A stretch of DNA of 64,000 bases from Clostridia bacterium (GTDB lineage Bacteria; Bacillota; Clostridia; UBA1212; DUPL01). Shown here piece after piece: positions 40,098 to 51,070 of this stretch. Position 1 is the first letter of the stretch, and each line of letters starts with the position of its first letter. The notes under the pieces were generated by a model, which saw only the letters and a program-made list of their open reading frames with translations, did no database searches and was not told where the DNA came from. The stretch covers positions 64,001 to 128,000 of the forward strand of contig JBMNIW010000012.1 in assembly GCA_050951325.1 (NCBI GenBank), given 5' to 3'. Position numbers and translations under genes: made by a program.

Positions 40098-41372
40098 TTA
40101 TTCTCTTCCTTTCTTGCTTCTGATAATTATGAACACAATTGCAGCTACTGCAATTATTGCCACTACAACAACACCAATAATTATACCAGTATTACCTTTG
40201 TCATCTTTTTCGCCTGTTTCGGTTGGCTTTTCCGTCTCGGCGGCAGTCTGAGTAGGAGTGGTTTCCAAAGTCGGAGTAGGTTCTGGTGTTTCTGTCGGCT
40301 CCGGGGTATATACAGGTCTTTCATCAAGCTCGGCAAAAAGATTTTCAATTATGTCGAGTTTTAAGGTGCCTTCTTCATACACGTCTCCATCCAGATATGA
40401 TGTAACTCCTTCTTTTGTTGCATGCGCCCAGAGGTTAAGACCATCATAACAAGAAATTTCAACCAGATAGTCTCCAAGAGCATAAGCCCTGTCAAAACGC
40501 ACATAGAAGTGCTCGTATTGTCCAGGACCGCCGGACTCGGCTTCAATGACATTGTGGTAAATTGGAGTCTGGCTTGTAGTGGTGTCATAGTCGTCTTTCC
40601 ATTTATACACCTTCAGTTCAATCTCACCATACCCTGTCTCAAGGAACAAATCATTGAAAACGATTCCTGTAAACTTCCCGTTCTTTACTGAAAATTTATG
40701 AGCCACACTTGCATAGTTTCCAACCTGAATGTAGCTGAGGCCATCTGCAGAAGCACCGTTTCCATATGCCGCTATAATTACTTCCTGTGAATCAATATTG
40801 GTATTAGGTTCTTCGTTAAGTTCTGCCGCAGGGTCTACTATGCAGTTAATTCTATACGATACATTTTCATAAACTTCCTGCTCAAAGTACGCAACACTGT
40901 CAGAATGTGCAGCATGGGTTGGTATATGCAAGGGATTTCCTGACAACCTATAGTATACCAACAGGTACTCACCTTCAGCAAAAGCCCTGTCAAAATCAAC
41001 CGTGAAGTCTGCTTCACCGGGATTCACCCATCCCTGGGACACAGAATCTTCTATCATGTCTGAGAAGATTGGTGATCCTGAGATTGTTGTCCGATAGTCC
41101 GTATCCCATTTATACAGTATGAGGGCGGTGGACATGGGGGCTGCATACCAGCTGGGTACTACCAGTCCGACGAACTTTCCTCCTTTTACATTAAGACGTA
41201 CAGCCACTATTCCTTCACCAGTGTTTTTGAATCTGCTTCCATCTGGAGCTTCTTCATCACTGTACATTTTTATTAAGCTTTCTTCTGCGTGTATGCCTCC
41301 AAAAGAGGCAAGACACAGTATGAGTGCTAGGGTAAATAAAATCATTCTGGTTATGTTCTTCATTATGTACAC
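40098..41372 (-). CDS. Membrane-anchored surface protein with two internal domain repeats
   Basis: Signal peptide, two YKWxxDYxTT...FDRA..G.YL repeats, PT linker, TM + basic tail. Confidence 0.75.
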   Translation of the reverse strand: MYIMKNITRMILFTLALILCLASFGGIHAEESLIKMYSDEEAPDGSRFKNTGEGIVAVRLNVKGGKFVGLVVPSWYAAPMSTALILYKWDTDYRTTISGSPIFSDMIEDSVSQGWVNPGEADFTVDFDRAFAEGEYLLVYYRLSGNPLHIPTHAAHSDSVAYFEQEVYENVSYRINCIVDPAAELNEEPNTNIDSQEVIIAAYGNGASADGLSYIQVGNYASVAHKFSVKNGKFTGIVFNDLFLETGYGEIELKVYKWKDDYDTTTSQTPIYHNVIEAESGGPGQYEHFYVRFDRAYALGDYLVEISCYDGLNLWAHATKEGVTSYLDGDVYEEGTLKLDIIENLFAELDERPVYTPEPTETPEPTPTLETTPTQTAAETEKPTETGEKDDKGNTGIIIGVVVVAIIAVAAIVFIIIRSKKGRE

Positions 41373-41610
41373 CTCGCCAAATATTTTTATCCTCCTTTAT
41401 TACCTATAATATATCATATATTTGAGAAAAATCGTTTAAAAAAATGTCGTAACAAAAGTGTTCAAATATATATGGATGGCATAATAAAAATAATTTAACA
41501 AAAGGAATGCAACGGAGGTTATTAGCTACCGTTTCTTGTGATAAATGCAGATTGATTCTATTGTTATAAAATTCAAATTGTGTTAGAATTTGAATCAAGG
41601 AGGAAGAGAC

Positions 41611-42489
41611 GTGCACAAACTTTACAGAGGACAAGATGAATACGGAAGAAGAGAGGTTGCGGAATACAGATATATCGACAAGAACTTCCCTTTGAAAATA
41701 GGGAGGGTTGTGTATCTTAGAAAATGCATCCCTCTTGGAACTGAGATTCACAAGGACGCCTTTGAGATTACTTACATGACCAAGGGCAAACAAATTTACG
41801 AGGTCGAAGGCATAAAGCACACGGTTTATGCAGGAGAAACCTTCATTACTCTTCCTGATGAAGAACACAGTACCGGTGGAGAACCTTTCGACAAGTCAGA
41901 GTTTTTCTACATGATAGTTGAACTAAAAAACTTCCCCGAATACTTTCTTTCTCCAACAAAAGATGAAAGAAAAAGTCTTCTTGATGCATGTATTGAAACC
42001 TTCAAGGAAAACAGAATTATTCAGCTTGGTTTTGAAGCTCATCACTACTTTAATACTATACTGGAAACATTTGAATCAGACAGCCCTTTCAAAATGACTA
42101 TTGTAAGGAATGCTCTTACTGATTTGTTGATTATGATGCTTGATAGCTCCAACGTTAAAAAGGAAACCAAAGATCCTTTCCTCACGCCTGTATTGGAATA
42201 TATTGATGAGAATTTTGAGTCTCACATAGACATGCAGTATCTTGCCGACATGGCAGGTGTAAGCAAGTCAAGGTTTCAAAAGAAATTCAAGGAGTATACG
42301 GGTTTTCCACCAAGGGAATACATCATGAGAAAAAAGGTGGAAAGGGCAAGAGAACTCTTGGACAATTCAGACCTTACAGTAACCGACATTGCTTTCATGC
42401 TTAACTTCTCATCTTCCCAATATTTCAGTACAGTATTTAAGCAGTATACAAATATAACGCCAGTGGAATACAAGAATAGTAAGAAATAA
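41611..42489 (+). CDS. AraC-family regulator
   Basis: HKDAFEI cupin; IAFMLNFSSSQYFSTVFK..TP.EYK; start inferred from RBS. Confidence 0.88.
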   Translation: MHKLYRGQDEYGRREVAEYRYIDKNFPLKIGRVVYLRKCIPLGTEIHKDAFEITYMTKGKQIYEVEGIKHTVYAGETFITLPDEEHSTGGEPFDKSEFFYMIVELKNFPEYFLSPTKDERKSLLDACIETFKENRIIQLGFEAHHYFNTILETFESDSPFKMTIVRNALTDLLIMMLDSSNVKKETKDPFLTPVLEYIDENFESHIDMQYLADMAGVSKSRFQKKFKEYTGFPPREYIMRKKVERARELLDNSDLTVTDIAFMLNFSSSQYFSTVFKQYTNITPVEYKNSKK

Positions 42490-42522
42490 GGTCGAAAGTT
42501 ATAACCTTCCGACCTTTTTGCT

Positions 42523-45500
42523 TTACTTCAATATTTCAACTATTGGTTTTTCAAGGACTCCCATGTCTTTCAGGCTGTACTCATAACTCCAGCTGTCGCC
42601 TGTTGTCCTCCATGCATCAGGACCAAACCACCATGTCTTTTCATTGCAGTTATGCAGTGTTCCAAAAGAGTTGTGGCGGTTTCCGTACAGTACAAGTCCA
42701 AGAACATGCTTTCCTTTCTTCACATTTGGTATTACCAATTCATATGGAGCGTATACAATCTTTCCAGCTTCCTTGGAGTCGAGCAATACCTTGACAAGAG
42801 ATCCTCTGTATTTTGGAATCCTTACTCTTAATGCGCTGTCTTCCTCAAGCTCAATTTCATTATGATAAACAATATTTGCACCATAGAAAGGCATTCCCTG
42901 GTCAGTTATTGTTCCGTAACGCACTTTGTCGCTTCTTTCAGTTATTGTCTTCTTTGTTCCTTCAACAACAACGCCAAAGTCTCCTAAAATATAGCACCAT
43001 TCAACATTTGTGCGCTTTCCAAATGGAATTGAAACTTCAAGGATGTTCGTACCCTTTTTTATCTCAGGCAGCCTTACAGTCTTTATGGCTTCGTCTGTAA
43101 ACCAGCCAACAACCTTGCTCGCAACCTTTTCACCATTGAAAACAATTTCAATCCTTTCAGCATCCTCTATGGCAAGCAGAGGTTCCTTTACAGTTATCTC
43201 ACTGTGTATTGTAAACCTGAGTCTTGCTTTGTGGACAATCTCCTCTTCTTCAACCGTCCAGGGCTGAGGAAATGCGCTTCTTCTAAGCTGCCAGCCGAGT
43301 CTTTCCCTCAGTTTGTTGTCAGCTCTCAATATCTCTTCAGCTTCGTTGTACTCTTCATCATCAAGAGCATACTCGGCAATATCTAGAAGATACACATTAG
43401 GCTCCTCAAGGGTATACGATACATTATCCATGATTTCAACCTTTTCAAGTTTTCCAAGTCTTAAGAGCAAGCTGTCGTAGGAGTGCAGTTTTGCATACAC
43501 AACTGTATTCCCGTTTTCATAGGAGAATTCTGCATCCTTTACCTCTCCATTAATCGTGTCATATACTTTCGGATAATACTCACCCTTGATTACAATCTTG
43601 AGATTTTCAGCCTGAGTATCTTCCTTGTCATTTACATGAACACCTCTTGCTATAAACAGCCACATGCAGTTTTCATCATCACGCAAGTTGTAGAGGTACT
43701 TGTCACTTATTTCATTATCCTTGTAGATGTTTATAATCTTATCTTCACCAAGGACTTCAAGTATCTTCTCCCTTTCGAAAGGAACCTTTATGCTGTCATT
43801 GTAAAGAGCTTCAATTTCATTGGTTGCAGTCGCATCCATGTATTTTGGACACTCTCCAACAAAAACAATCTTGCCGCCCTTTTCCTTGAATGCCTTGAGT
43901 CTTTCATAAGTGGTTCTGCGCATGGTTTCCATTCCAGGAACTATGATTGTATCATATTCCATTTCTCCCACTTTGAGGGGACTGCCAGCTTCCTTGCAAA
44001 GGTCAGGCAAAATAGATTCTGCTATAAAATCAAAGTCTACCTGTCCAAGCAAAAGCCATTTGGTTATATTCTGAAAGTTGTGCTCCAGAGCCCATCTCTT
44101 TTCTGATGTTGTATCTTCCGGACCCAGATGCAGCCAGTAACTCTCAACAGGGTGTACAACTCCAACCTTTACAACCGGCTTGCCACGGGTTAATGCGGTA
44201 TTCAGTCTTGCAAAATGATCCTCTACATAGGAATACTCCTTGTACCATGGTGATTGATAGTTTATTGTTGCTGGATAGTCTCTCTTTGACTCTCCGGCCA
44301 TGGACACCCAGGACAAATGATGAACCCTCACAGTAACGCCCAAGGCCGCCTGCCAGTCTCCCTGGAACTTGTGTCCTCTAAAATCAAAAACCCAGTTCGT
44401 TACACCATAAAGTTCGGAAAGAACTCCTTCTCTTCCATATTGATGTGCAGCAGATTGCGCCTGCTTTGCTGTAGTATATTCAGTTGCATCGCAGAGCATA
44501 TCAATACCTGGCAGCTGGAAGGACCTATAATGTCTCATTGTTTCTCCTATGGCATAGCTTTGAGACAGAAGAGTAGGCTCTTCCATCATGTGGCCTGTCA
44601 GCATTAGATTATTTTCTTCACACCAATCTCCGCACTGATCTGAAAAACACCTTGAAAACAGTTCGGTCGTATAATCACTGTAATGATATTTAACTCTTGA
44701 GACCTTGCCTCCTTCAAGCGACCATATCAGCTCGGGCAGGTAATCAAGGATGTCGTAACCGTACTCTTTTTTGAATCCTTCAATGAGGTGGTGTGTCCAA
44801 GGCAGTACTGTTCTTTCCTTGGCCAATGCCTTTTTCATGTAATGTCTTCTATGAACCTGAGGCTCGTCGGTAAAGATTGCAGGTACACTTTCTCCAAATT
44901 TGTCACCTACCGCCTCTTTGTATGCCTCATAGGTAATATCTATGAATTTCTTCATCGACTCTTTGTCCAGTGTATCTACATATGCCTGGTTATTGAACCA
45001 AGGGTTGTCTCCCCCTATTTCAAGGAATGCATACCATTTGTTGCCTCCTTCTTCGTCCCTTCCTATCCTTGTGTATGATGCGAGTTCACCCCTGTCATTA
45101 AGGACTATATCATAGCTTGCAAAGAAGAATGGCTTTCCCGTTTCAAGACATTCTTCCAATGTTTTTGCATCGTCTTGTTTGTCTTCAGGGTTGAAGGTCA
45201 TAATCTTAACCCTGTGTCTCTTTTCCTTTGTCACAAGACCTCCTGCAAAGCCTGATGGCCATCTGTCTTCATCATATAGCCAGGCAAGCATTTCTTCCTT
45301 TTCTGCTTTTTTGACGCAGAACTTTACAAGGTCCATAAATTCCTCTCCCAGGTACTCGTTTGCCATACCAGTCCTTGAATGCATGTGGAATCCCCCAAGA
45401 CCCATTTCCTTCATATATTCAATCTGTCTGCCCAAAATGTCTTTGTTCAGCTTGCAGTTCCAAGCCCAAAAGGGTGTTCCCCTGTATTCAGCAGTTGGAT

Positions 45501-45552
45501 TTTTAAAAAGTTTTTCATCAAGCTCTTTTGACTTGTTCTTTTTGTAAAGCAT
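42523..45552 (-). CDS. GH106-like (alpha-L-rhamnosidase-type) glycosidase
   Basis: PFWAWN, LYDEDRWPSGFAGG, FTDEP, PGIDML, LSELYG. Confidence 0.8.
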   Translation of the reverse strand: MLYKKNKSKELDEKLFKNPTAEYRGTPFWAWNCKLNKDILGRQIEYMKEMGLGGFHMHSRTGMANEYLGEEFMDLVKFCVKKAEKEEMLAWLYDEDRWPSGFAGGLVTKEKRHRVKIMTFNPEDKQDDAKTLEECLETGKPFFFASYDIVLNDRGELASYTRIGRDEEGGNKWYAFLEIGGDNPWFNNQAYVDTLDKESMKKFIDITYEAYKEAVGDKFGESVPAIFTDEPQVHRRHYMKKALAKERTVLPWTHHLIEGFKKEYGYDILDYLPELIWSLEGGKVSRVKYHYSDYTTELFSRCFSDQCGDWCEENNLMLTGHMMEEPTLLSQSYAIGETMRHYRSFQLPGIDMLCDATEYTTAKQAQSAAHQYGREGVLSELYGVTNWVFDFRGHKFQGDWQAALGVTVRVHHLSWVSMAGESKRDYPATINYQSPWYKEYSYVEDHFARLNTALTRGKPVVKVGVVHPVESYWLHLGPEDTTSEKRWALEHNFQNITKWLLLGQVDFDFIAESILPDLCKEAGSPLKVGEMEYDTIIVPGMETMRRTTYERLKAFKEKGGKIVFVGECPKYMDATATNEIEALYNDSIKVPFEREKILEVLGEDKIINIYKDNEISDKYLYNLRDDENCMWLFIARGVHVNDKEDTQAENLKIVIKGEYYPKVYDTINGEVKDAEFSYENGNTVVYAKLHSYDSLLLRLGKLEKVEIMDNVSYTLEEPNVYLLDIAEYALDDEEYNEAEEILRADNKLRERLGWQLRRSAFPQPWTVEEEEIVHKARLRFTIHSEITVKEPLLAIEDAERIEIVFNGEKVASKVVGWFTDEAIKTVRLPEIKKGTNILEVSIPFGKRTNVEWCYILGDFGVVVEGTKKTITERSDKVRYGTITDQGMPFYGANIVYHNEIELEEDSALRVRIPKYRGSLVKVLLDSKEAGKIVYAPYELVIPNVKKGKHVLGLVLYGNRHNSFGTLHNCNEKTWWFGPDAWRTTGDSWSYEYSLKDMGVLEKPIVEILK

Positions 45553-45588
45553 TGTTACCCTCCTATCCTTTCCTATGCTGATATTATA

Positions 45589-47076
45589 TCAGAACTTTTC
45601 TATAAATGTACCCCTAAATGCTTCTCTTATGTCGTTTACTTTTCCAGTGACAATATAGTAGGAGTATTCAAACGGCTCAAAGGATTTCATCTCAAAAGTT
45701 CTTAACGGGGCAACATAGTTGGTTGCTGAATTCTTAGGATCCTTGCTTCCATTGTAGCTAAACCTTCCAGCAAGAAGGATTTCCACATTCGGAGTGAAAA
45801 GGCCTATGCCGTAATCGCTTGAATCCACCCATGCACACCAGGTTTCAGTATTTCCCTTTCTTACATTAAAATAAGCATTGGAGTTGCCTCCCCAGAACTC
45901 AAGGTCATGCTTGTATGTCAACGTATCATCCGTCCAGGGCTTTGTTCCGTTGTAGTAAACGAAGGTATCCAGATAACTGATAACGTAAAACGCTGGCAAC
46001 TCCTGATGTCTTGCATTTGCCTTGTATCCGGAAAAGTCAACAAATCGGTTTTTAACAACAATAGCGTTTTCTTCCAGTCTGTACTCATTTTCCATGTAGC
46101 TGAAGGTAGGAGAATTTATATGTCCCCAGTCAAGGGGTCTGCACTTTATGTATATATACTCCTTGTATATTTCAAAGTCCACTATCTTGCTTGAGTTATT
46201 ACCCTTGTCTCCTCCCTGGACCGGGTTGTATGGCCAATCGTTGCCCATAAACTCACCTTTCACATAGGGAGGGTTCATGGTTCCATAGTATGACTGCTGG
46301 ACGAGTCTGCCTGTATCAGCCCGGTTTAGCAGATTATCCAAAGAGCCATCTTTGTTGGTCTTGTCTTTGATATAGTTGATGGCCCCTCCCCACAATAGAT
46401 CTATTCCGACTTTGTGGTAGTCATTTTCCAAATAAACAACCGTCGCCGGCACACTTACAATATCCACTTTGAAATCTACAAGTTTGAAGTTAGCAGAAGA
46501 CCCCTTTATCGAGTTCAGAGCAATCTTCTTTATTTTTGCACCTTTCTGATTGTTGAAAAATCCATCCACCAGTGACGAAAACTCTTTGTTAGTTCCAGGC
46601 TCCAGGAAGAATTCTTCCAAATGCGAGGTTCTACCCAATGAGTAGTGAATATATCCTTTCAGGTAGTCGGTAGATGTGTACTTTATTATGTATTTATTAA
46701 ACTCATGCTCCTCTTTTTCCTCGAGCAGCATTTCAAAGTCTTCACCAATTGTGTACATACCATCCTTCACACCAAGTTCGTTGTTGAATGTGAATACACC
46801 AATATCCACTGCCAAGGTATTATCAATATGTGGAGTTGGAGATGGTGTTGAGGTAGGCTTTGGGGTTGTTTTTTGTGGTGTCTTTGTTGGCTCGGGGGTG
46901 GGGGGTGGCGTTTCTTCAGGAGTTTCCGTTAGCGGAACTTCTGTTACCTTGCTTTCTGTCGGAGTGGGTGTTTCAATAACTGGATCTTGAGTTTTTACTC
47001 CGATATTGTCTCCTATACCACAGGAAGCAGTAAAGATTAGGAATAAAAAAAGTGTGAATATAATTGTCTTTTTCAT
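45589..47076 (-). CDS. Lipoprotein of unknown function, Pro/Thr linker
   Basis: Lipobox-like TASC; TPTP-rich region. Confidence 0.75.
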   Translation of the reverse strand: MKKTIIFTLFLFLIFTASCGIGDNIGVKTQDPVIETPTPTESKVTEVPLTETPEETPPPTPEPTKTPQKTTPKPTSTPSPTPHIDNTLAVDIGVFTFNNELGVKDGMYTIGEDFEMLLEEKEEHEFNKYIIKYTSTDYLKGYIHYSLGRTSHLEEFFLEPGTNKEFSSLVDGFFNNQKGAKIKKIALNSIKGSSANFKLVDFKVDIVSVPATVVYLENDYHKVGIDLLWGGAINYIKDKTNKDGSLDNLLNRADTGRLVQQSYYGTMNPPYVKGEFMGNDWPYNPVQGGDKGNNSSKIVDFEIYKEYIYIKCRPLDWGHINSPTFSYMENEYRLEENAIVVKNRFVDFSGYKANARHQELPAFYVISYLDTFVYYNGTKPWTDDTLTYKHDLEFWGGNSNAYFNVRKGNTETWCAWVDSSDYGIGLFTPNVEILLAGRFSYNGSKDPKNSATNYVAPLRTFEMKSFEPFEYSYYIVTGKVNDIREAFRGTFIEKF

Positions 47077-47234
47077 TCATCTTTCTCCTTTGTCAAGGAT
47101 TCGTCTTGCATGGGTATAACGTACCATAATCAAATGTACATTGCAATAAGAATAAGTCGAATAATGTCAATGAAGAAATATAATTACCCATATACAATAT
47201 TTCCTGACTTATCAAGCTGACCTTTTATGATTTA

Positions 47235-47752
47235 TTACTCTTTTATATATGGACCGCTTTGCTTTTCAAACATTATTGCATAAAGACCGTCTTTACGAAT
47301 CAACTCCTTGTGGGTTCCGCTCTCAACAATCACTCCATTTGAGAAAACAATTATTCTGTCAGCAATTTGGGAAGCCGTAAGGCGATGTGAAATAAAGATG
47401 GCGGTTTTGTCATGTACCGCTTTCATATACCCTTCGTAAATCTCACTCTCTGCTTTTATATCAAGACTTGCAGTAGGTTCATCCAGGATAAGTATAGGAG
47501 CATTCTTGTACAACGCTCTTGCCAGAGCAAGTTTTTGCGACTGGCCACCTGTGCACGAAGTTGCTCAGACCAGTTTGGGATAACACTGCTTCTATATCGC
47601 CGTTCTGTTCATCGGCTGTAATATTTTCTTTTATGGTAAACGCAAATATTTTAAAATCCTGGAACACTGCGCTAATTAACTTTTTGTACTCTTCATTTGG
47701 TATGTCCCATATATCGACACCATTTACAGTTATCTTCCCTTTGTCGGTCTGT
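47235..47752 (-). pseudogene. ABC ATP-binding domain remnant
   Basis: KGKITVNG..SAVFQDF..ENI fragment, signature region deleted/frameshifted, ILDEPTASLD and ISHR; no N-terminus. Confidence 0.8.
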
Positions 47753-47754
47753 TA

Positions 47755-48438
47755 TTATTTCTTTTTGTACTCATACTCTTTTTCATTTATAAGGTTGCCG
47801 TTTGAATAAAACTCCTTTTCTCCCACCAGATTTCCCTTAATGTCGTAATAGTAGCGGGTATAAAATATCACATTGTCCTCCGAAACATAGTATTCAGCTT
47901 TTAACACTTTCCCTTTTTCGTCGTTGATGTACTTTGTAAAGGTGGTGACATCACCCAACGTACTTTTTACCATGACAAGAAACCCATTCTCGTCATACTC
48001 ATATTCTTCTACAATGCCAGTGTCTAAAAACTCCATTATTGCCACATCACCATTCTCATTGAGAGTGACATCCACCACTTCTTTCGCTTCACGACCTTCT
48101 TTTAACTCCACAATCTTATAACCGGTCTCATCATAAATCCAGTTGGTAACCCCTTCAATTTGACCATCTTTGTTGAAATTAGTAGACTCAATTTCCCTTC
48201 CCTGCTCGTCGTACCTGATAACATTGTAGAATTCAATCTCATCCTCTTCGTTATACATAGTCTTCTTGACAATGTTCTGCTCGTCATTCTCATACTCATA
48301 GGTGATATAGGATTCTACATTGCAATCCGCATCCAAATTTATTTCCTTTGTCAACAAGTACTCCGTGCTGCTGTTGCAAGCTGCCAACATAAGCAGCGTT
48401 CCCAGTATAATACATACTGTTGTGATTCTCTTTCCCAT
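47755..48438 (-). CDS. YD/RHS-like repeat lipoprotein
   Basis: Lipobox LAAC; repeated YxYDxxG. Confidence 0.75.
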   Translation of the reverse strand: MGKRITTVCIILGTLLMLAACNSSTEYLLTKEINLDADCNVESYITYEYENDEQNIVKKTMYNEEDEIEFYNVIRYDEQGREIESTNFNKDGQIEGVTNWIYDETGYKIVELKEGREAKEVVDVTLNENGDVAIMEFLDTGIVEEYEYDENGFLVMVKSTLGDVTTFTKYINDEKGKVLKAEYYVSEDNVIFYTRYYYDIKGNLVGEKEFYSNGNLINEKEYEYKKK

Positions 48439-48450
48439 TTTTTCCTCCCA

Positions 48451-49218
48451 TCAGTTTGCCTTTTTATACTCATACCTTGTAATGCCTATCTGTATGTCAT
48501 ATGGTGAAAACACCTCAATTGCAACGAGGTTTCCATTTTTATCGTAGGTATGCTTCAGGTATCTTGCAAGTTCGCCATTCTGATAATCCTGGCGTTCAAG
48601 CACTCTCCCTTTTGAGTCGTTGATATAAATAGTATATACACCGTAAGCATCATCGTTCTTCACATGGCATTTAATGAGATATCCGCTTTCATCATACTCA
48701 TATTCCTCGATAATTTTTGAGTTTAAACTCGTCACATTCTCAATCTTTAAGGTATCACCCTTGTCATTCAAGATAACTTTTCGTGTAAATTTTATGTTGG
48801 AATCCTCATCATATGTAACCTCTGTATGTCCTGATTCCTCATAGGTATTCACTTTTGTTGAGTATGCAACACCACTTTTATTGTATAGTTTCTTTTCTAT
48901 TTCCCTACCCTTATCATCATATTTGTATACTGCACGGCTTTCCAAAGAGTTTCCAATATGCTTTTCTGAAATGACAAGCTTGTTGTCCTTGTCATACTGA
49001 TATGAGATATAGTGTCTAATATTCCCGTCCTTGTCGCAATCCGACTCCTTAACCAGATTATTCTTTTTGTCGTACTCATAAAGTATGTAATACCTAACGC
49101 TTCCATCTACATCATAGACTGTCTGCTTTGTCATCAAATATTCAATTTCGCCACCGCAGGCTGACAAAGCAAGCAATGATGTCAGCAGTACGAATAATAT
49201 GGATAATCTATTTATCAT
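48451..49218 (-). CDS. YD/RHS-like repeat lipoprotein
   Basis: Lipobox LSAC; repeated YxYDxxG/N; paralog of downstream gene. Confidence 0.75.
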   Translation of the reverse strand: MINRLSILFVLLTSLLALSACGGEIEYLMTKQTVYDVDGSVRYYILYEYDKKNNLVKESDCDKDGNIRHYISYQYDKDNKLVISEKHIGNSLESRAVYKYDDKGREIEKKLYNKSGVAYSTKVNTYEESGHTEVTYDEDSNIKFTRKVILNDKGDTLKIENVTSLNSKIIEEYEYDESGYLIKCHVKNDDAYGVYTIYINDSKGRVLERQDYQNGELARYLKHTYDKNGNLVAIEVFSPYDIQIGITRYEYKKAN

Positions 49219-49390
49219 GACATCCTCCAACTGTGTTTATACGATGATTATACTGTACAGACCATTTTGGGACAACTATACTTTATCCCTATTTTATTAA
49301 CACACCGTGAACAAATCTCACATTTCATATTTTCATAAAGGGTTGTAAACATATCCATACTATGCTAAAATCAGCGCACGAGGTGATTTA

Positions 49391-50512
49391 ATGAAACTTG
49401 ATTTGGATATTGAACAATTTTGGAAAGATGATGAACTGGCCCACAAAGAGAACTGTTTTTCAAAAGAGGCCCCTCAGGTGGCTCTGGGTATTAGAATGAG
49501 TGACGAATGCGTATTTGCAGAGCTAGGAGAGGAAGGCCAGCCTTGGGGACACACTCCTCTCGAAAGAAGAATAGAGCTCAATAAAAGATACAATGAAAAG
49601 GCTTTAAAAATAGTGGGAAGAAAACTGCTGAGAGAAGAGTTTCCTGATCCGAATTCAGCATTACCTCCAGTTAAGGGGATTGGAGAAGTATTTGGAGGAC
49701 AATATGTATTTGACGGGAATACTACATGGCTCAAAAGGACTATAAACACTCCAGAAGAGTTAAAGGAAAGACTCGATATTATCGATAAGATGGATATAAG
49801 GAGTTTTATACTTCCGCAAAACTGGGAAAGCGAAAAGAAGAGAGTCTACGAAACATATGGTAAAAAACCCGGACTTTTCCGTGGTGTAAGAGGTCCGGTT
49901 ACATTGGCTACATCGGTATTTGGTACAGAAAACCTGATATTCCTTATTTACGATGACCCGGATTTGGCAAAAAGATTTTCAGACACAATTACCAGGGTAT
50001 TGTTGGCGTACATAGATATATTTATAGAAGAGGCGGGTTACACACAGGACAATTTCATTCATGGATTTGCATTCAGCGATGATGACTGTTGCCTTCTGAC
50101 ACCTGAAATGTATGAGTTCTTCGCATACCCAATTCTTAAGACGGTGTTTGAGAAAACTGCTCCAAACCCTGAAGACTGGAGATATCAGCATTCAGACTCA
50201 GACATGGGGCATTTGATTCCAATTCTTGCAAGGTTTAACTTAACAGGATGCAATTTTGGACCTACAGTCACAGTAAGGGAAATTAGAAAGCACATGCCCA
50301 ATACCCGCATAGACGGACAACTGTCTCCGTTAACTTTTATGAGAAACGACGAAGAGCAAATAACCAAGGAAGTTTTAAGGGATATTGAGATGGCAAAAGA
50401 AAATGATGCAAGAGGCCTCAACCTCACGACGGCAGGCTCAATTAACAACGGCTCTCTTCTCAGCAGCATGCGCCTTATAATGGCTTTAATTCAGAACTAT
50501 GGCAGATATTAA
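49391..50512 (+). CDS. Uroporphyrinogen decarboxylase-fold protein
   Basis: RGPVTLA, SDDD...LTPEMYEFFAYP, HSD, IDGQLSP. Confidence 0.75.
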   Translation: MKLDLDIEQFWKDDELAHKENCFSKEAPQVALGIRMSDECVFAELGEEGQPWGHTPLERRIELNKRYNEKALKIVGRKLLREEFPDPNSALPPVKGIGEVFGGQYVFDGNTTWLKRTINTPEELKERLDIIDKMDIRSFILPQNWESEKKRVYETYGKKPGLFRGVRGPVTLATSVFGTENLIFLIYDDPDLAKRFSDTITRVLLAYIDIFIEEAGYTQDNFIHGFAFSDDDCCLLTPEMYEFFAYPILKTVFEKTAPNPEDWRYQHSDSDMGHLIPILARFNLTGCNFGPTVTVREIRKHMPNTRIDGQLSPLTFMRNDEEQITKEVLRDIEMAKENDARGLNLTTAGSINNGSLLSSMRLIMALIQNYGRY

Positions 50513-50530
50513 GCAATTGGAGAGATATGA

Positions 50531-51064
50531 ATGGAAGTACGTGTATCTACTGTTGTAAATTACAATGAATACAAAACCTTTTTCAGGTTTTCAATGTTCC
50601 GGGGCAAAGGATACAGATTCAAATCTTTTGCTTCAGTTCTAATCATGCTTGCTGCAATAGCAGTATCATTGTCCGGAACCATCTTATACTATAACCCCCT
50701 TATGCTTTTTGCATTTATTTTCTCTCTGTTTATGACCATAACTCTTCTAATTATTTGGTTTTATATGCCGAGATATTCATACATAAATACATTCATAGCA
50801 AAAGGATCCAAGGACGATTTTGTGTTTTTGGATGATATATTCATGGTGAGTTCCGTAACTGAGTATATAAAAAGCCAGACAGAAATCAGCTACAGTCAGG
50901 TTTTTAAAATCTACGAAACCAACAAACACATATACATTTACCTTAGTCCTGGATTTGCTTACATAATCAACAAAAAGACATTTGTTTATCACGCAGACAT
51001 TGCGGAACTTAGAAGTTTTTTTGTATCAAAGATGCCTGATAAGTATATAAACTGTTTGTCATGA
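50531..51064 (+). CDS. YcxB-like membrane protein
   Basis: Two TM segments then ISYSQVFKIYET..IYIY....AYIINK. Confidence 0.7.
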   Translation: MEVRVSTVVNYNEYKTFFRFSMFRGKGYRFKSFASVLIMLAAIAVSLSGTILYYNPLMLFAFIFSLFMTITLLIIWFYMPRYSYINTFIAKGSKDDFVFLDDIFMVSSVTEYIKSQTEISYSQVFKIYETNKHIYIYLSPGFAYIINKKTFVYHADIAELRSFFVSKMPDKYINCLS

Positions 51065-51070
51065 AATATT

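Noticed and set aside
47755-49218. RHS toxin system
   Set aside because: Too short, lipoprotein signals, no DPxG core or toxin domain.
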